A stretch of 60,263 nt of DNA from a virus (lineage: Duplodnaviria > Caudoviricetes), in IMG/VR virus record IMGVR_UViG_3300044724_009327, positions 1 through 60,263 of that record, one strand, 5' to 3'. A model generated the notes under the pieces. It was not told the origin of the DNA. It searched no databases and saw only the letters and a list, made by a program, of their open reading frames with translations. Every line of letters begins with the position of its first letter. Positions within the stretch are counted from its first letter, which is position 1. Both the position numbers and the translations under genes were made by a program. This document shows, in pieces, positions 8,510-17,618 of this stretch.

Positions 8510-10117
8510 CTAGAAAGACTTGTTGAATCCTAGTGTAAGTTTCCTACCCTCTTGACTAAAACCATGAGGTGACTCATAGTTCTCATCCAACAAATTAAGC
8601 AGACTTACACCAAATTGGATACCATGGTAATCATAACCAAGATTCAAGTCTAGTAAATGTGTCTCTGGCATGGATATTGTTGACCAATTGGAGTTGTGTA
8701 CATCTAGATGTTTGCCCTTGTACTTGTAATTTGTGGTAAGAGAAAAATTATTTTTGAAGTCCTGGTTGTGCATGAATCCAAGGGTCCAACTGGGTCGTCT
8801 TAATTGTACCACTTCTTTTTTCTTGCTGTTTAAATGACTGGCAAAAACTTTGAAGTCTTTTATGCCATAACTGACTTCTAGCCCATCTGTGTTTAAATCG
8901 CTTATGTCATTTTTGAATATGGTTGTTGAGAAATTATTTTTAGTCAATGTGAGTTCCTGTGACTCACCATATTCTATTGCTGTCCAAGTGGTCTTGTCCT
9001 TGTAACTGGTGGATGTGCTACCGCTGATGCTTAATCCATCTTCCAGTTCTCTAAAGAACCCTAACTTGTAGGTCTCATGTTCTTCGTCAAATCTGTGTTG
9101 ATATGAAAATACATTATAAGATAGATTGTAAAAATATCCTAGGTTGTGGTGTTGTCCGGTCAGTGATTCGTTGTGCTTGTAGTCAAATCCAAATCCAAAC
9201 TTTTCATATTGTTGTGTAGCCCTCATTGTGTAGTTCTCACTCTCGTAGTGGGCGTCATCATAGTCCCTGTCATACTCATGCGTGTGGAAAGTCAAACTAG
9301 AATTTTTATAATCCAATCCTGTCTGTAGAGCATAGAAAGTGTTGTCTGCCCATTTATCATTCTGTATGGCAAGACTGTGACCGTCGATGTCTGAGAATGT
9401 GTTCCTTGCGAACCACGATGTTCTAAAATGCACAAGGTCATACCACTTGCTAACATTTACACCTATCGTCTTGTTGTTGGTACCATCCTTTTCATCAGCA
9501 CCTGACAAGGCAGAAACATTTTCAGATTTGTGTTGCCCCGCTGATACGGATATGTCAAAATCATTCAACCTGGTGTAGTAATTTCCATTGATTGTTTGAT
9601 CATTGCCATTGCCTGCCAAACTTAATTTCTTATCATAGTCGACTGTGGTTCTAAAGTTTATAGCACCGCCGACTGCATCTGCTCCCCAATGTGCACCTGC
9701 CGATCCCTTGTACACATCGACCTGCATGACATTAAACATAAAGTCCTGTCCAACATCATGAGCACCCGTGGGTGTGGAGTAGTCGTTTATAGGTATCCCA
9801 TTCAACAAAACAAGTGTGTGATTTGAATTGGTACCCCTCATGAACACAGAACTCTGTTGTCCTGTTGGTCCAGACTGTGTGATGTCTAATCCCTGTACAT
9901 AGTTCAACACTTTGGGCAGATCTATTAGATTGTGTTTTTGTATTTCTGATTTTGTAATTGTTCGTGTGGGTGTAATCTTGTCACCGAGTGCGTTTGAATT
10001 ATTCGTATATTTTGGATAGATAGTTGTACAAGGGATAGTGTTATCCCACTCGCATTCGTCAGCATATGCCACACCCGTAAACATAAGCAACACGAAAAAC
10101 ATTATATATTTTTTCAT
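8510..10117 (-). CDS. TonB-dependent receptor, BtuB-like (cobalamin)
   Basis: Signal peptide, plug motifs MRGTNSNHTLVLLNG and KGSAGAHWGADAVGGAIN, NLLDENY, C-terminal Phe; upstream cobalamin riboswitch. Confidence 0.85.
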   Translation of the reverse strand: MKKYIMFFVLLMFTGVAYADECEWDNTIPCTTIYPKYTNNSNALGDKITPTRTITKSEIQKHNLIDLPKVLNYVQGLDITQSGPTGQQSSVFMRGTNSNHTLVLLNGIPINDYSTPTGAHDVGQDFMFNVMQVDVYKGSAGAHWGADAVGGAINFRTTVDYDKKLSLAGNGNDQTINGNYYTRLNDFDISVSAGQHKSENVSALSGADEKDGTNNKTIGVNVSKWYDLVHFRTSWFARNTFSDIDGHSLAIQNDKWADNTFYALQTGLDYKNSSLTFHTHEYDRDYDDAHYESENYTMRATQQYEKFGFGFDYKHNESLTGQHHNLGYFYNLSYNVFSYQHRFDEEHETYKLGFFRELEDGLSISGSTSTSYKDKTTWTAIEYGESQELTLTKNNFSTTIFKNDISDLNTDGLEVSYGIKDFKVFASHLNSKKKEVVQLRRPSWTLGFMHNQDFKNNFSLTTNYKYKGKHLDVHNSNWSTISMPETHLLDLNLGYDYHGIQFGVSLLNLLDENYESPHGFSQEGRKLTLGFNKSF

Positions 10118-10159
10118 AACAGTAGCCTTTCATTTACGCCACTGCTAACTTTACATTGT

Positions 10160-10278
10160 AGAACTAGACTTTCCCAGGCCCTCGCTCGACAGCGGACTTA
10201 TACTGGTTGGCACTCCGACTTTACGGTTCCTGGTAGAGCCATGGAATTGCACCTTGATTCCCCAACATGATTCAGTAA
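10160..10278 (-). promoter_or_regulatory. Cobalamin riboswitch (class II / AdoCbl-variant type)
   Basis: Minus strand TACTG..TTGG-GGAA..GGTGCAATTCC (T-loop)..CCAGG..CCGTAAAGTCGG-AGTG-CCAA-C-CAGTA, then hairpin with CCTGG complementary to CCAGG (kissing loop); upstream of BtuB-like gene. Confidence 0.85.
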
Positions 10279-10285
10279 TACTATA

Positions 10286-10314
10286 ATTTTATATTATTTT
10301 CTTGGTATTGTCAA
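10286..10314 (-). promoter_or_regulatory. Sigma70-type promoter for riboswitch-receptor transcript
   Basis: TTGACA-17-TAAAAT. Confidence 0.75.
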
Positions 10315-10320
10315 CTGTGC

Positions 10321-10719
10321 CTACAGTCCCATCAGTTCTCTGATCTCTGGATTGATCATGTCACGACCCCACTGTGGTTGCATTGTGATTTTCACTCTAC
10401 ATTTCAAGTTTGGAATACTTTCTACTTTCTGTTGCACATCTTTTGGTATCATGTCAGCGGCTGGACAGAATGCACTTGTAAGGCTCATCAGCACATGGAC
10501 GAAACCTTCTTCTGTTACCTTGACATCGTATATCAATCCTAGGTTATAGATGTCCACGCTTATCTCAGGATCATAGCACTCTTTTAGTTTCTCAACTATC
10601 CTTGGCATGTACTCCTGCTGTGTTGGTGGATGTTCTTTGATTTCGCTGAGATCTGTGTTCAGTTGTGGATCAACTGTTGCCTTGTCATTTGGAATCCAAC
10701 CTGGAGGGGTTTCGATCAT
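10321..10719 (-). CDS. SufT/DUF59 (MIP18-like) Fe-S assembly protein
   Basis: DPEI-x-VDIYNLGLIY, MSLTSAFCP, PQW motifs. Confidence 0.88.
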   Translation of the reverse strand: MIETPPGWIPNDKATVDPQLNTDLSEIKEHPPTQQEYMPRIVEKLKECYDPEISVDIYNLGLIYDVKVTEEGFVHVLMSLTSAFCPAADMIPKDVQQKVESIPNLKCRVKITMQPQWGRDMINPEIRELMGL

Positions 10720-10754
10720 ATGTTATAATAGCATGATTACCACAACGTGTCAAT

Positions 10755-11258
10755 TTAGTATACCAGAGGTTCCCATTCTTTGTCACCAAAAATCTCTGTT
10801 CTAAATTTATGGTAATCAAACTCTGGGTGTGCTTCGACCAAGGATCTCTGCCATTTGCTTTGCCATTGGTAAATGTTTTCACTGTCAACGTCAACAATAA
10901 ATTTACCATTGAACCCTAGATAGTTGTTATTCAACAGAGTTTCTCCTGAATCTTTTATAAATGGTAAATGATATATTTCATAATTCAAAGACACGTCGTC
11001 GAAACTAATGTTATTAATGGACACACCTTTGTCGTCTAATATTTTTCCATCGTAATTAATTTTCGTATCCCTCTTCATATTCTTTCCGTAGTGTTCTACA
11101 ATCAGTTTGTTCGGTAATTTAAAATCAGCATCCAACTCTAGAGTAATGTCACCCTTTTGGCCAAGTTGCTGATCGTAAAGCACCTCGTCATTTGTGGCTA
11201 CACGTATACAAGGGCCATTGTTGTAGTTTTGAACTGTAAATTGTATTTTAATTTTCAT
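10755..11258 (-). CDS. Hypothetical protein coupled to radical SAM gene
   Basis: Probable start MKIKIQF at 11258, ATGA overlap. Confidence 0.6.
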   Translation of the reverse strand: MKIKIQFTVQNYNNGPCIRVATNDEVLYDQQLGQKGDITLELDADFKLPNKLIVEHYGKNMKRDTKINYDGKILDDKGVSINNISFDDVSLNYEIYHLPFIKDSGETLLNNNYLGFNGKFIVDVDSENIYQWQSKWQRSLVEAHPEFDYHKFRTEIFGDKEWEPLVY

Positions 11259-12748
11259 GAGTACTTTTGATTTTGCACCTCTGAAGTGGTCAGATCTACT
11301 ATTCCTTGTTTTTGTTTTTTCTTGTAAATTTCCCAAAGGAAATGCAATAGTTTTATATTGCCTTCATCGAAGTCTAATTTATATCCCATCTTCCTTAATT
11401 CTTCCCCTGCAATTATTCTTCTCTTGATACGTTCCTGCAGGGTCAATTTTTTGTTATGCTTGTAGGTCCAAAAGTTTTCGCCTCCATGGAGTTTAATATC
11501 CTCTCCATACTGTTCTGCTAGTGGAGTGCCTGGCAGTATGGCGAGTGTTGAACCTAGGGCAACTTCCATTATGATGTTGTGATATTTCTTATATTTTTTA
11601 AACATACGTAAAGTATCCACGAAATCCTCATGCGTTTCGGTCGGATAGCCAACGATCATCAAAAATGTCACACCAACACCATTGGCATGGGCCTGCTCCA
11701 TGAACTCATCCATGTCTTTATTACTAAATTGTTTTTTCATGTGATCTCTCACAGATTCACTACCGGACTCTACTCCTAGCAGTAGATTGGTAGCACCAGA
11801 ATCTCTTGTCATTTTCCAGTCTTCTTCTGTCATAGACTTCAATCCCCTGACAATGAACTGGCCACTCCAGGTGATCCTGTTCTTTGCAGTCGCGTTGTGT
11901 TCTGCCACAGTCTTTACAAAGTCTCTGTATGCTTTCATAGATCCGTTGACAAGACTGTCGGAAAAACGGAAATCGTATTTTTTGTGTTTCTCACTCTGGG
12001 CGAACATCTCTTCTGCTATGCTCTCTCCTGAACGGAACACAAATTTTTTCCAGTGTTTGTGTATATCACAGAAAGAACATTTCCTAACACATCCTCTACT
12101 TCCTGTAATCTTCAAACTGTTGCCTTCGTACTTGTCGAGGTCATAATCAGAATAATCCGGCCATGCTATGTTGTTGAGATCGAGTTGTTGTTCCCAATCA
12201 CTGTTGTCCACTCCAGGGCCTTTGCCTTCCTTGAGTAAATTTACAAGGGCCACTTCACCCTCTGAGATTATGTAATGATCTATGATGTTTGCTTTTTTTA
12301 ACCTTTCCACCCATGGATTTTCTCGTGGGGCGATTCCTTGTGTGATTAATCCTTGTCCACCAAATATAATCTTTACGTCAGGTTTCAACTTCTTAACGTA
12401 TCCTGCGAACATCTCACTGAAGTTCTGACATTGGTACGTGAACACACTGACGGCAATGAACTTGGGATTATACTTTGAGAATAAGTTTTTTGCTGTGTCA
12501 TGCACGTAGTTTTCAACAGTAGAAAAATTGTTCTTATCTTGTATAGTGCCAAACCCGAAGTAATTTTTGCACAGTTCAAATTTCTTTGAATCTGTGTCTT
12601 CTAGTCTGACAAAGTCGTAATTGATGTCGTAGGTGCTACAAGTGAAGTCGTGTTGTTCTACACAGGCTTTTAGAGCCGCCGGTGCCTGTAAAGGTTGTCT
12701 GGTTGCGGTCCATGGTGCAGTTACTATTAGTATATCACAATCTATCAT
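11255..12748 (-). CDS. B12-binding radical SAM enzyme
   Basis: N-terminal B12-binding-like domain (IIFGG, SEGE), SRGCVRKCSFC, GVESGS, IVGYPTET. Confidence 0.88.
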   Translation of the reverse strand: MIDCDILIVTAPWTATRQPLQAPAALKACVEQHDFTCSTYDINYDFVRLEDTDSKKFELCKNYFGFGTIQDKNNFSTVENYVHDTAKNLFSKYNPKFIAVSVFTYQCQNFSEMFAGYVKKLKPDVKIIFGGQGLITQGIAPRENPWVERLKKANIIDHYIISEGEVALVNLLKEGKGPGVDNSDWEQQLDLNNIAWPDYSDYDLDKYEGNSLKITGSRGCVRKCSFCDIHKHWKKFVFRSGESIAEEMFAQSEKHKKYDFRFSDSLVNGSMKAYRDFVKTVAEHNATAKNRITWSGQFIVRGLKSMTEEDWKMTRDSGATNLLLGVESGSESVRDHMKKQFSNKDMDEFMEQAHANGVGVTFLMIVGYPTETHEDFVDTLRMFKKYKKYHNIIMEVALGSTLAILPGTPLAEQYGEDIKLHGGENFWTYKHNKKLTLQERIKRRIIAGEELRKMGYKLDFDEGNIKLLHFLWEIYKKKQKQGIVDLTTSEVQNQKYS

Positions 12749-13146
12749 GCATTGGCAATCCGTATTACCCTTTCAATCAGACTTGCAAAACCTACCTGTC
12801 TTTGCATTGTGAGTAATTCTCTGATTCCTAGTGCTTGGAAATTCTCTAGTGTTAGGTTCGCCACTTCACTTCTGTGTTCTCCATTCACCACATCCAATAT
12901 TACTTTTGCAGTGCCCTTGGTCATGTGCGAGTCAGCATCATGTTGATACTGCATGGTACCATCCTCTTGCACTTTGCCTGTGACCCAAAGGTTAGATATA
13001 CAGCCACGTATTTTGTTTTCTTCTGTCTTGTGTTCTGGTGCTAACGGTTTAACTTGTTGTGCTTCGTCGATTATGTACTGCAATCTTTCCATGCCTTCCA
13101 GCACTGACATGCTTTCGCCCTTGTCTTTGATCTTATCAAGTATCAT
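12745..13146 (-). CDS. sufE: SufE family sulfur acceptor
   Basis: ENKIRGCISNLW, DADS-x3-KG, LT-x-QR-x2-G motifs. Confidence 0.88.
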   Translation of the reverse strand: MILDKIKDKGESMSVLEGMERLQYIIDEAQQVKPLAPEHKTEENKIRGCISNLWVTGKVQEDGTMQYQHDADSHMTKGTAKVILDVVNGEHRSEVANLTLENFQALGIRELLTMQRQVGFASLIERVIRIANA

Positions 13147-13378
13147 GGCTTTCCTTTATCATCCGTACCAACTGTTTTTGCTTTCGTTTCTTTACGAACT
13201 TGTCTTCGTCTGCATATGTGCTACATTCTCGAAGTTTATCTTCGGCGTACCACAATATCTTGTACAGGTCCTGCTTGGCACCCCACGTTGTGAATCCGTC
13301 CATCTTGGGATCCGTGGCCGCCCACACAATCTTATCAATTTCCCCTTTGACCTCTTTTACGTCCCAGTCTATGATCAT
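13136..13378 (-). CDS. Hypothetical protein
   Basis: ORF packed in operon. Confidence 0.6.
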   Translation of the reverse strand: MIIDWDVKEVKGEIDKIVWAATDPKMDGFTTWGAKQDLYKILWYAEDKLRECSTYADEDKFVKKRKQKQLVRMIKESHDT

Positions 13379-13569
13379 TTTTTGTCCTTTGTTGCTGTTG
13401 TGAAAGGCAGGTTCCTGCCTGACAGTTCCTCTGGCTTGGCCTTGTATCCTCTCTTCATATGGAATCCATAACCCTGTCTGCCCAATTCGTGTATCTTTGG
13501 GTCGAACTGTGAGTTATTACTGGCCTCCCGCTCTCTACGAGACTTTTGTTTCTCTTTTTTCTTTTTCAT
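13375..13569 (-). CDS. Small basic hypothetical protein
   Basis: Probable start MKKKKEK; packed in operon. Confidence 0.5.
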   Translation of the reverse strand: MKKKKEKQKSRREREASNNSQFDPKIHELGRQGYGFHMKRGYKAKPEELSGRNLPFTTATKDKK

Positions 13570-13801
13570 TTTGTTTGTCCTTGTTGTATTTCGCGGCCGC
13601 ATCTATGCGTTTTCGTTCTGCAAATTTTTCTTTTAGAAATTCTGCTCCATAGAATTTGCCGTCATATGCGACCCACATTTCATGTAGTTCGATGTTTACT
13701 GACTCATCATTCAACCAATGCACCAGTTCTATAGGGTCATCAGTTTTAAACACTTCTCGATAAGTGTCTACATCGTGTATGGTGAAATATTTTTTCTTCA
13801 T
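13535..13801 (-). CDS. Hypothetical protein
   Basis: ORF packed in operon. Confidence 0.6.
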   Translation of the reverse strand: MKKKYFTIHDVDTYREVFKTDDPIELVHWLNDESVNIELHEMWVAYDGKFYGAEFLKEKFAERKRIDAAAKYNKDKQNEKEKRETKVS

Positions 13802-13802
13802 T

Positions 13803-14126
13803 TTATTTGTCCTTAAAATACTTTTCTAATCTTCCTTGTTCTCCCGAGTGCTTCTCGTGATCTGGCATGGGGTCTTTCTTCTCTGTGAGCACCGCCCACT
13901 CCTGCGACCACTTGCCATTGAACTCTATCCATTTGGCGCCTTCCGGATCAGTATCAGGAAGTATTGCGTCCTCTGGACACTCTGGCTCACACACCCCACA
14001 GTCAATGCACTCGTCTGGGTTTATGACCAGCATGTTCTCACCTTCGTAGAAACAATCCACTGGGCATACACTAACGCAGTCGGTGTGCTTACACATTATA
14101 CACTTGTCATTTACTGTGTATGTCAT
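13803..14126 (-). CDS. fdxA: Ferredoxin (FdxA-type, dicluster)
   Basis: [18 protein letters not shown] and [12 protein letters not shown]. Confidence 0.93.
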   Translation of the reverse strand: MTYTVNDKCIMCKHTDCVSVCPVDCFYEGENMLVINPDECIDCGVCEPECPEDAILPDTDPEGAKWIEFNGKWSQEWAVLTEKKDPMPDHEKHSGEQGRLEKYFKDK

Positions 14127-14160
14127 TTGTTACTATCCATTATTATAACATTAATTTAAT

Positions 14161-15168
14161 TTACTGTCTATTGTCATAAAGAAATTTAGATAGAATATCA
14201 TCATTTTCCATGTAAGGCACTAGATTAAAAAGTTTATCACCCATGTCAAACTCGTGGGCGTGTAGATTCTCGGACTCCAACCAGTGTCCTTTTGGTATTC
14301 TACCAACATAGCAAAGTTCGTGTTGTTCCAGGCCAAGTATCCTACACCACTTGTTTTGGTAAGGAACGAACTTGTCTCTGACGTAATGATAACCAAATTC
14401 ATCTATAAATCTTTTTCCTATGTGGTAGATCAGTTTGTTCCCCAAGGGGTATAGTGACTGTTCTTTGCTCACAGGCTTCTTCCAGTAAGCGAACCCGCCC
14501 TTCATACCTGCCATGGGCAACATCTTGGATATGCTGTGTGTGACAACCTCGACACAATCAGTGTGAGCAAGTTTTATAACTTCCTTGGTCAGTGGCAACC
14601 AGATCAAATCCAAAACGACAGGAATGCCCTGTTCCGTGCATCTCGACAGTATGTCATCTATGGATGGGTGGTTCTTGAAGTTTGAATAGAAAGGCACACT
14701 GATGATCAATAGGTCGTCTTTGGATAGGTCATCTATTTTTTCTATTGTCCTTTGTGCAAGTTTTTGATGATACCAATATTCGTTTTCAAACACAACGGGT
14801 GTTCTATATCTGTGCTGTTGCATGAACTCAAGCACCGTGTGTACAGTTGAGGACATCGGTTCACATTCGTACTCATCCCAATGCATACCTATGTCAGGCA
14901 GAGATGAGCCTTGTATCTTTTCTTCGAAGTGATTGTATCCATACATGTCTATCTTTACGGACTTCAGCCAATCTATCACGTTGGGCAAATTCGCCGACCT
15001 TAATCCAAGATGCAGTCCACTGACTCTCTCATGCATGTCAAATGTTGATGAAGATTTGGGTTTCTGATATGACAGTGAACCTCTTTTGTTTTCATCTACC
15101 AGTTCGGCTTTAGCAATTATCCATTTCATTTGTTCGTAATGTCTGCTTACTGAATTATCCATTGACAT
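14161..15168 (-). CDS. Putative PLP-dependent transferase-fold protein
   Basis: PVVLD and HSISKMLPMAGMKGG resemble the class I/II aminotransferase Schiff-base Lys motif. Confidence 0.5.
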   Translation of the reverse strand: MSMDNSVSRHYEQMKWIIAKAELVDENKRGSLSYQKPKSSSTFDMHERVSGLHLGLRSANLPNVIDWLKSVKIDMYGYNHFEEKIQGSSLPDIGMHWDEYECEPMSSTVHTVLEFMQQHRYRTPVVFENEYWYHQKLAQRTIEKIDDLSKDDLLIISVPFYSNFKNHPSIDDILSRCTEQGIPVVLDLIWLPLTKEVIKLAHTDCVEVVTHSISKMLPMAGMKGGFAYWKKPVSKEQSLYPLGNKLIYHIGKRFIDEFGYHYVRDKFVPYQNKWCRILGLEQHELCYVGRIPKGHWLESENLHAHEFDMGDKLFNLVPYMENDDILSKFLYDNRQ

Positions 15169-16288
15169 ACTGTTCTGCTATTTTGTTGAGGTTGTTTAAA
15201 TGATCGCTTTGTTTCCAATGCAGTTTATCAAAAACTCTCTTCCATTCAGGCATCACTTTCGTTATGTCAGTCTTCCAATACTGATCGAGTTGTTTGATAA
15301 AGTTGACTGGATCGTGTGTCGCTTTGGGTTCTATGTACTTTCTGTATTTTTCAGGCACGAGATCGTGCAATTGATATGGCAAATTGTGAGGAGATAGCTC
15401 ACCAGGTTTGTCAATCAATCCCGGTTGTGACCAGAATATCCCATTGTCCTTGCACCACTGCTCCAGTTCTGGCAATCGCAACATTGTCATCACACTTATA
15501 GTGGAGGCCACCTGCAACGATATTCCATTTGTTCTCAGGAGTTTTATGTTTTCTGTTAACTTGTTCCAGTTGCAACCAGGTCGTACGTATTCCTGTACTG
15601 CACCCACGCCGTCTATGCTGATGCTTAGAACAACATCCTTGAACTTTTTAATCATTGCCACAGTGTCTAGGTCTATCCTTGTTGCATTGGTTGTGATGTG
15701 TAAGGTTATGTGTTCGTTGTCACCTGTGCTGATCAACTCTCTTAACAAGTTCTTTGCTTTCTTGTGATAGAATGGCTCACCTCCATTTATATCCACATAA
15801 CTTATGTGTTTCCTGTTCTCGAGTATGTAATCCGGAGTGTTCATCAAAGTGTCCACTTCCATGTTCTGTGTCTTGCCGAGAATATCCCAAACCTTTTTGA
15901 CCTTTGTGCTGAAACTAGGAAGGCACATTCTACAGGCGAGGTTGCATTCTTGGCCAACAGTGTACTTGACCTGTGTGGGCGGAAGTTCCATTTTGGTTTG
16001 TTTGAGTCTTTCTTTGTACTCCTCAAGTCTGCCCTCGTTGATCCGCTGTCTCATACTTGCGATGCCGTTGTCTTCGGCCTTCCAACAAAGTCTACAACCT
16101 TTGGGTCTCTTGCCTGCAAGTAGGTCCTCACGTAGTTTTATGATTTCGTCACTGTTCCAGTAGGAATCTATATCTCTGTGTTCGCCCTCCGGCTCGTAGA
16201 AACAACATGGTGTGAGCGTGGTTCTGCCCACGTGGTTGTTCCTGTTTCTGTCAACGGCGATCCAGGGCATTATGCAAATGTTTTTCAT
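15155..16288 (-). CDS. Radical SAM protein with N-terminal Cys-rich (twitch/SPASM-like) domain
   Basis: CNLACRMC, GGEP; N-terminal C-x-MPW..PCC..CxxC. Confidence 0.88.
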   Translation of the reverse strand: MKNICIMPWIAVDRNRNNHVGRTTLTPCCFYEPEGEHRDIDSYWNSDEIIKLREDLLAGKRPKGCRLCWKAEDNGIASMRQRINEGRLEEYKERLKQTKMELPPTQVKYTVGQECNLACRMCLPSFSTKVKKVWDILGKTQNMEVDTLMNTPDYILENRKHISYVDINGGEPFYHKKAKNLLRELISTGDNEHITLHITTNATRIDLDTVAMIKKFKDVVLSISIDGVGAVQEYVRPGCNWNKLTENIKLLRTNGISLQVASTISVMTMLRLPELEQWCKDNGIFWSQPGLIDKPGELSPHNLPYQLHDLVPEKYRKYIEPKATHDPVNFIKQLDQYWKTDITKVMPEWKRVFDKLHWKQSDHLNNLNKIAEQYVNG

Positions 16289-16315
16289 CTTACTCTATTA
16301 TACCTTTTTTTATAA

Positions 16316-16419
16316 ATGTTAGCAAGACTTTTGCGTACGGAAGGGCGTTCTTGTTAGGTAAAGAGCTTCTGCTCAAGCGTCCTATTTTTGTCCGACGTCA
16401 TCCGGATGATGGCGTTACA
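16316..16419 (-). ncRNA. Unidentified structured RNA, copy A
   Basis: Shares conserved blocks and hairpin layout with 33702-33805; TATAAATA at 16424-16431. Confidence 0.6.
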
Positions 16420-16434
16420 TGGATATTTATACTA

Positions 16435-16662
16435 TTATTGATCTTGGAGTTTTTTCTCTAACTCGTAGTAACCGCCAAGATGTTCTCCGTCGAGCCAAAT
16501 CTGTGGCATTGTCTTTGCGTTAGGAACAAGTTCTAGTAGGTCCTGTATCTTGTGTCCTTCTGCTATGTTCTTCTCTTCGTATTCTATTCCTTTGCTTTTT
16601 AATAAGTTCTTTGCCTTTACACAATAAGGACATGCCGGTTTGCTCCATACTACTGCTTTCAT
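16435..16662 (-). CDS. Glutaredoxin
   Basis: CPYC, TMPQI, GG motifs. Confidence 0.92.
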   Translation of the reverse strand: MKAVVWSKPACPYCVKAKNLLKSKGIEYEEKNIAEGHKIQDLLELVPNAKTMPQIWLDGEHLGGYYELEKKLQDQ

Positions 16663-16664
16663 TT

Positions 16665-16865
16665 TTATTCTCCTTCTAATTTCTCTTTAAACTTTACCCA
16701 ACCATAAAAAACAATATCAAACCATATGTAGTTTACTACTAAACCCATTAAAGTTAGACGTACACCCAATAGTACTCCTGGTAAGAAAAAAAGTACTAGC
16801 CACACCATAACGAAATATCTTTTTACATAGTGATGAGGTATAGGCCAGAACAACCAATTTATCAT
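16665..16865 (-). CDS. Small membrane protein
   Basis: Two hydrophobic segments; operon packing. Confidence 0.55.
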   Translation of the reverse strand: MINWLFWPIPHHYVKRYFVMVWLVLFFLPGVLLGVRLTLMGLVVNYIWFDIVFYGWVKFKEKLEGE

Positions 16866-17242
16866 ACCGTGTCGTCACCGTGGTGATAAAATTTGATGTT
16901 GTTTTCAAGTCTATTTAATAATTTTTTAATTGCCGGTATACGTTTTTTTCCTATCCAGTGTAGTTTTGCTTTCATGAAAGGTCTCATAAAACCAGGCCAG
17001 AATCTATATCGTTGTACATTCTTGTAGAAGTCCTGTATCGTGTCAAAGCATTCTAACACATCTTTGCTGTGTATTTCTTCTAGTATTCTGTCTTGTGATA
17101 CTTTTATTAGTATTGTGTGAAATCTTGAAGTGGCATAGTCTAGTGTGCCGTAGTACATATCCACCTGGGTGTTACTTCCAGTCCTGTCCTTGATTAAATC
17201 AATTACTTTTTGATTCTCAAGTACAAAATCTTTCAGTTCCAT
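16862..17242 (-). CDS. Hypothetical protein
   Basis: ORF packed downstream of clpS. Confidence 0.6.
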   Translation of the reverse strand: MELKDFVLENQKVIDLIKDRTGSNTQVDMYYGTLDYATSRFHTILIKVSQDRILEEIHSKDVLECFDTIQDFYKNVQRYRFWPGFMRPFMKAKLHWIGKKRIPAIKKLLNRLENNIKFYHHGDDTV

Positions 17243-17243
17243 T

Positions 17244-17546
17244 TTACTGCTTCTTGACTTTTATCTGTAGAGGAAAGTTCTCCTGCCTAGCGGCCAACGT
17301 AGCCTCTATGCCTTTCTGCTCTGCAACTTCGTGTGTGTACGAACCAACGATGCCCTGACCATCCTCGTGTATTTTTCTTGTGATGTTCTGTGCTTGTTCT
17401 GGCGTCTTGCCGAATATCTGTTTGAGAACTTTTACAACGAACTCCATGGTGGTGATGTTGTCGTTGAGGAAAATCACGTCGTAGAGTCCAGGCTCGTCCA
17501 ACTTGATCTTTTCTTTGGTAAGTGTTTGTATATCTGTCATTGTCAT
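17244..17546 (-). CDS. clpS: ClpS N-end rule adaptor
   Basis: YDVIFLNDNITTMEFV, IHEDGQG, EVAEQK, FPL. Confidence 0.93.
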   Translation of the reverse strand: MTMTDIQTLTKEKIKLDEPGLYDVIFLNDNITTMEFVVKVLKQIFGKTPEQAQNITRKIHEDGQGIVGSYTHEVAEQKGIEATLAARQENFPLQIKVKKQ

Positions 17547-17551
17547 ACCTT

Positions 17552-17579
17552 ATTATAGCATATCTATATAAGTTGTCAA
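17552..17579 (-). promoter_or_regulatory. Sigma70-type promoter abutting clpS start
   Basis: TTGACA-16-TATAAT with extended -10 TG; ATG 5 nt downstream. Confidence 0.7.
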
Positions 17580-17612
17580 ACATGGAGGGGTGTTTTACCA
17601 CCCCATCCATTT
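17578..17612 (-). terminator. Probable intrinsic terminator after hsp20
   Basis: Hairpin ATGGATGGGGTG/CACCCCTCCAT followed by short T run. Confidence 0.55.
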
Positions 17613-17618
17613 TATGCT

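Noticed and set aside
16385-16417. Hammerhead ribozyme reading of the twin RNA (GATGA...AAA)
   Set aside because: Neither copy has the CUGAUGA and GAAA core in the required stem arrangement
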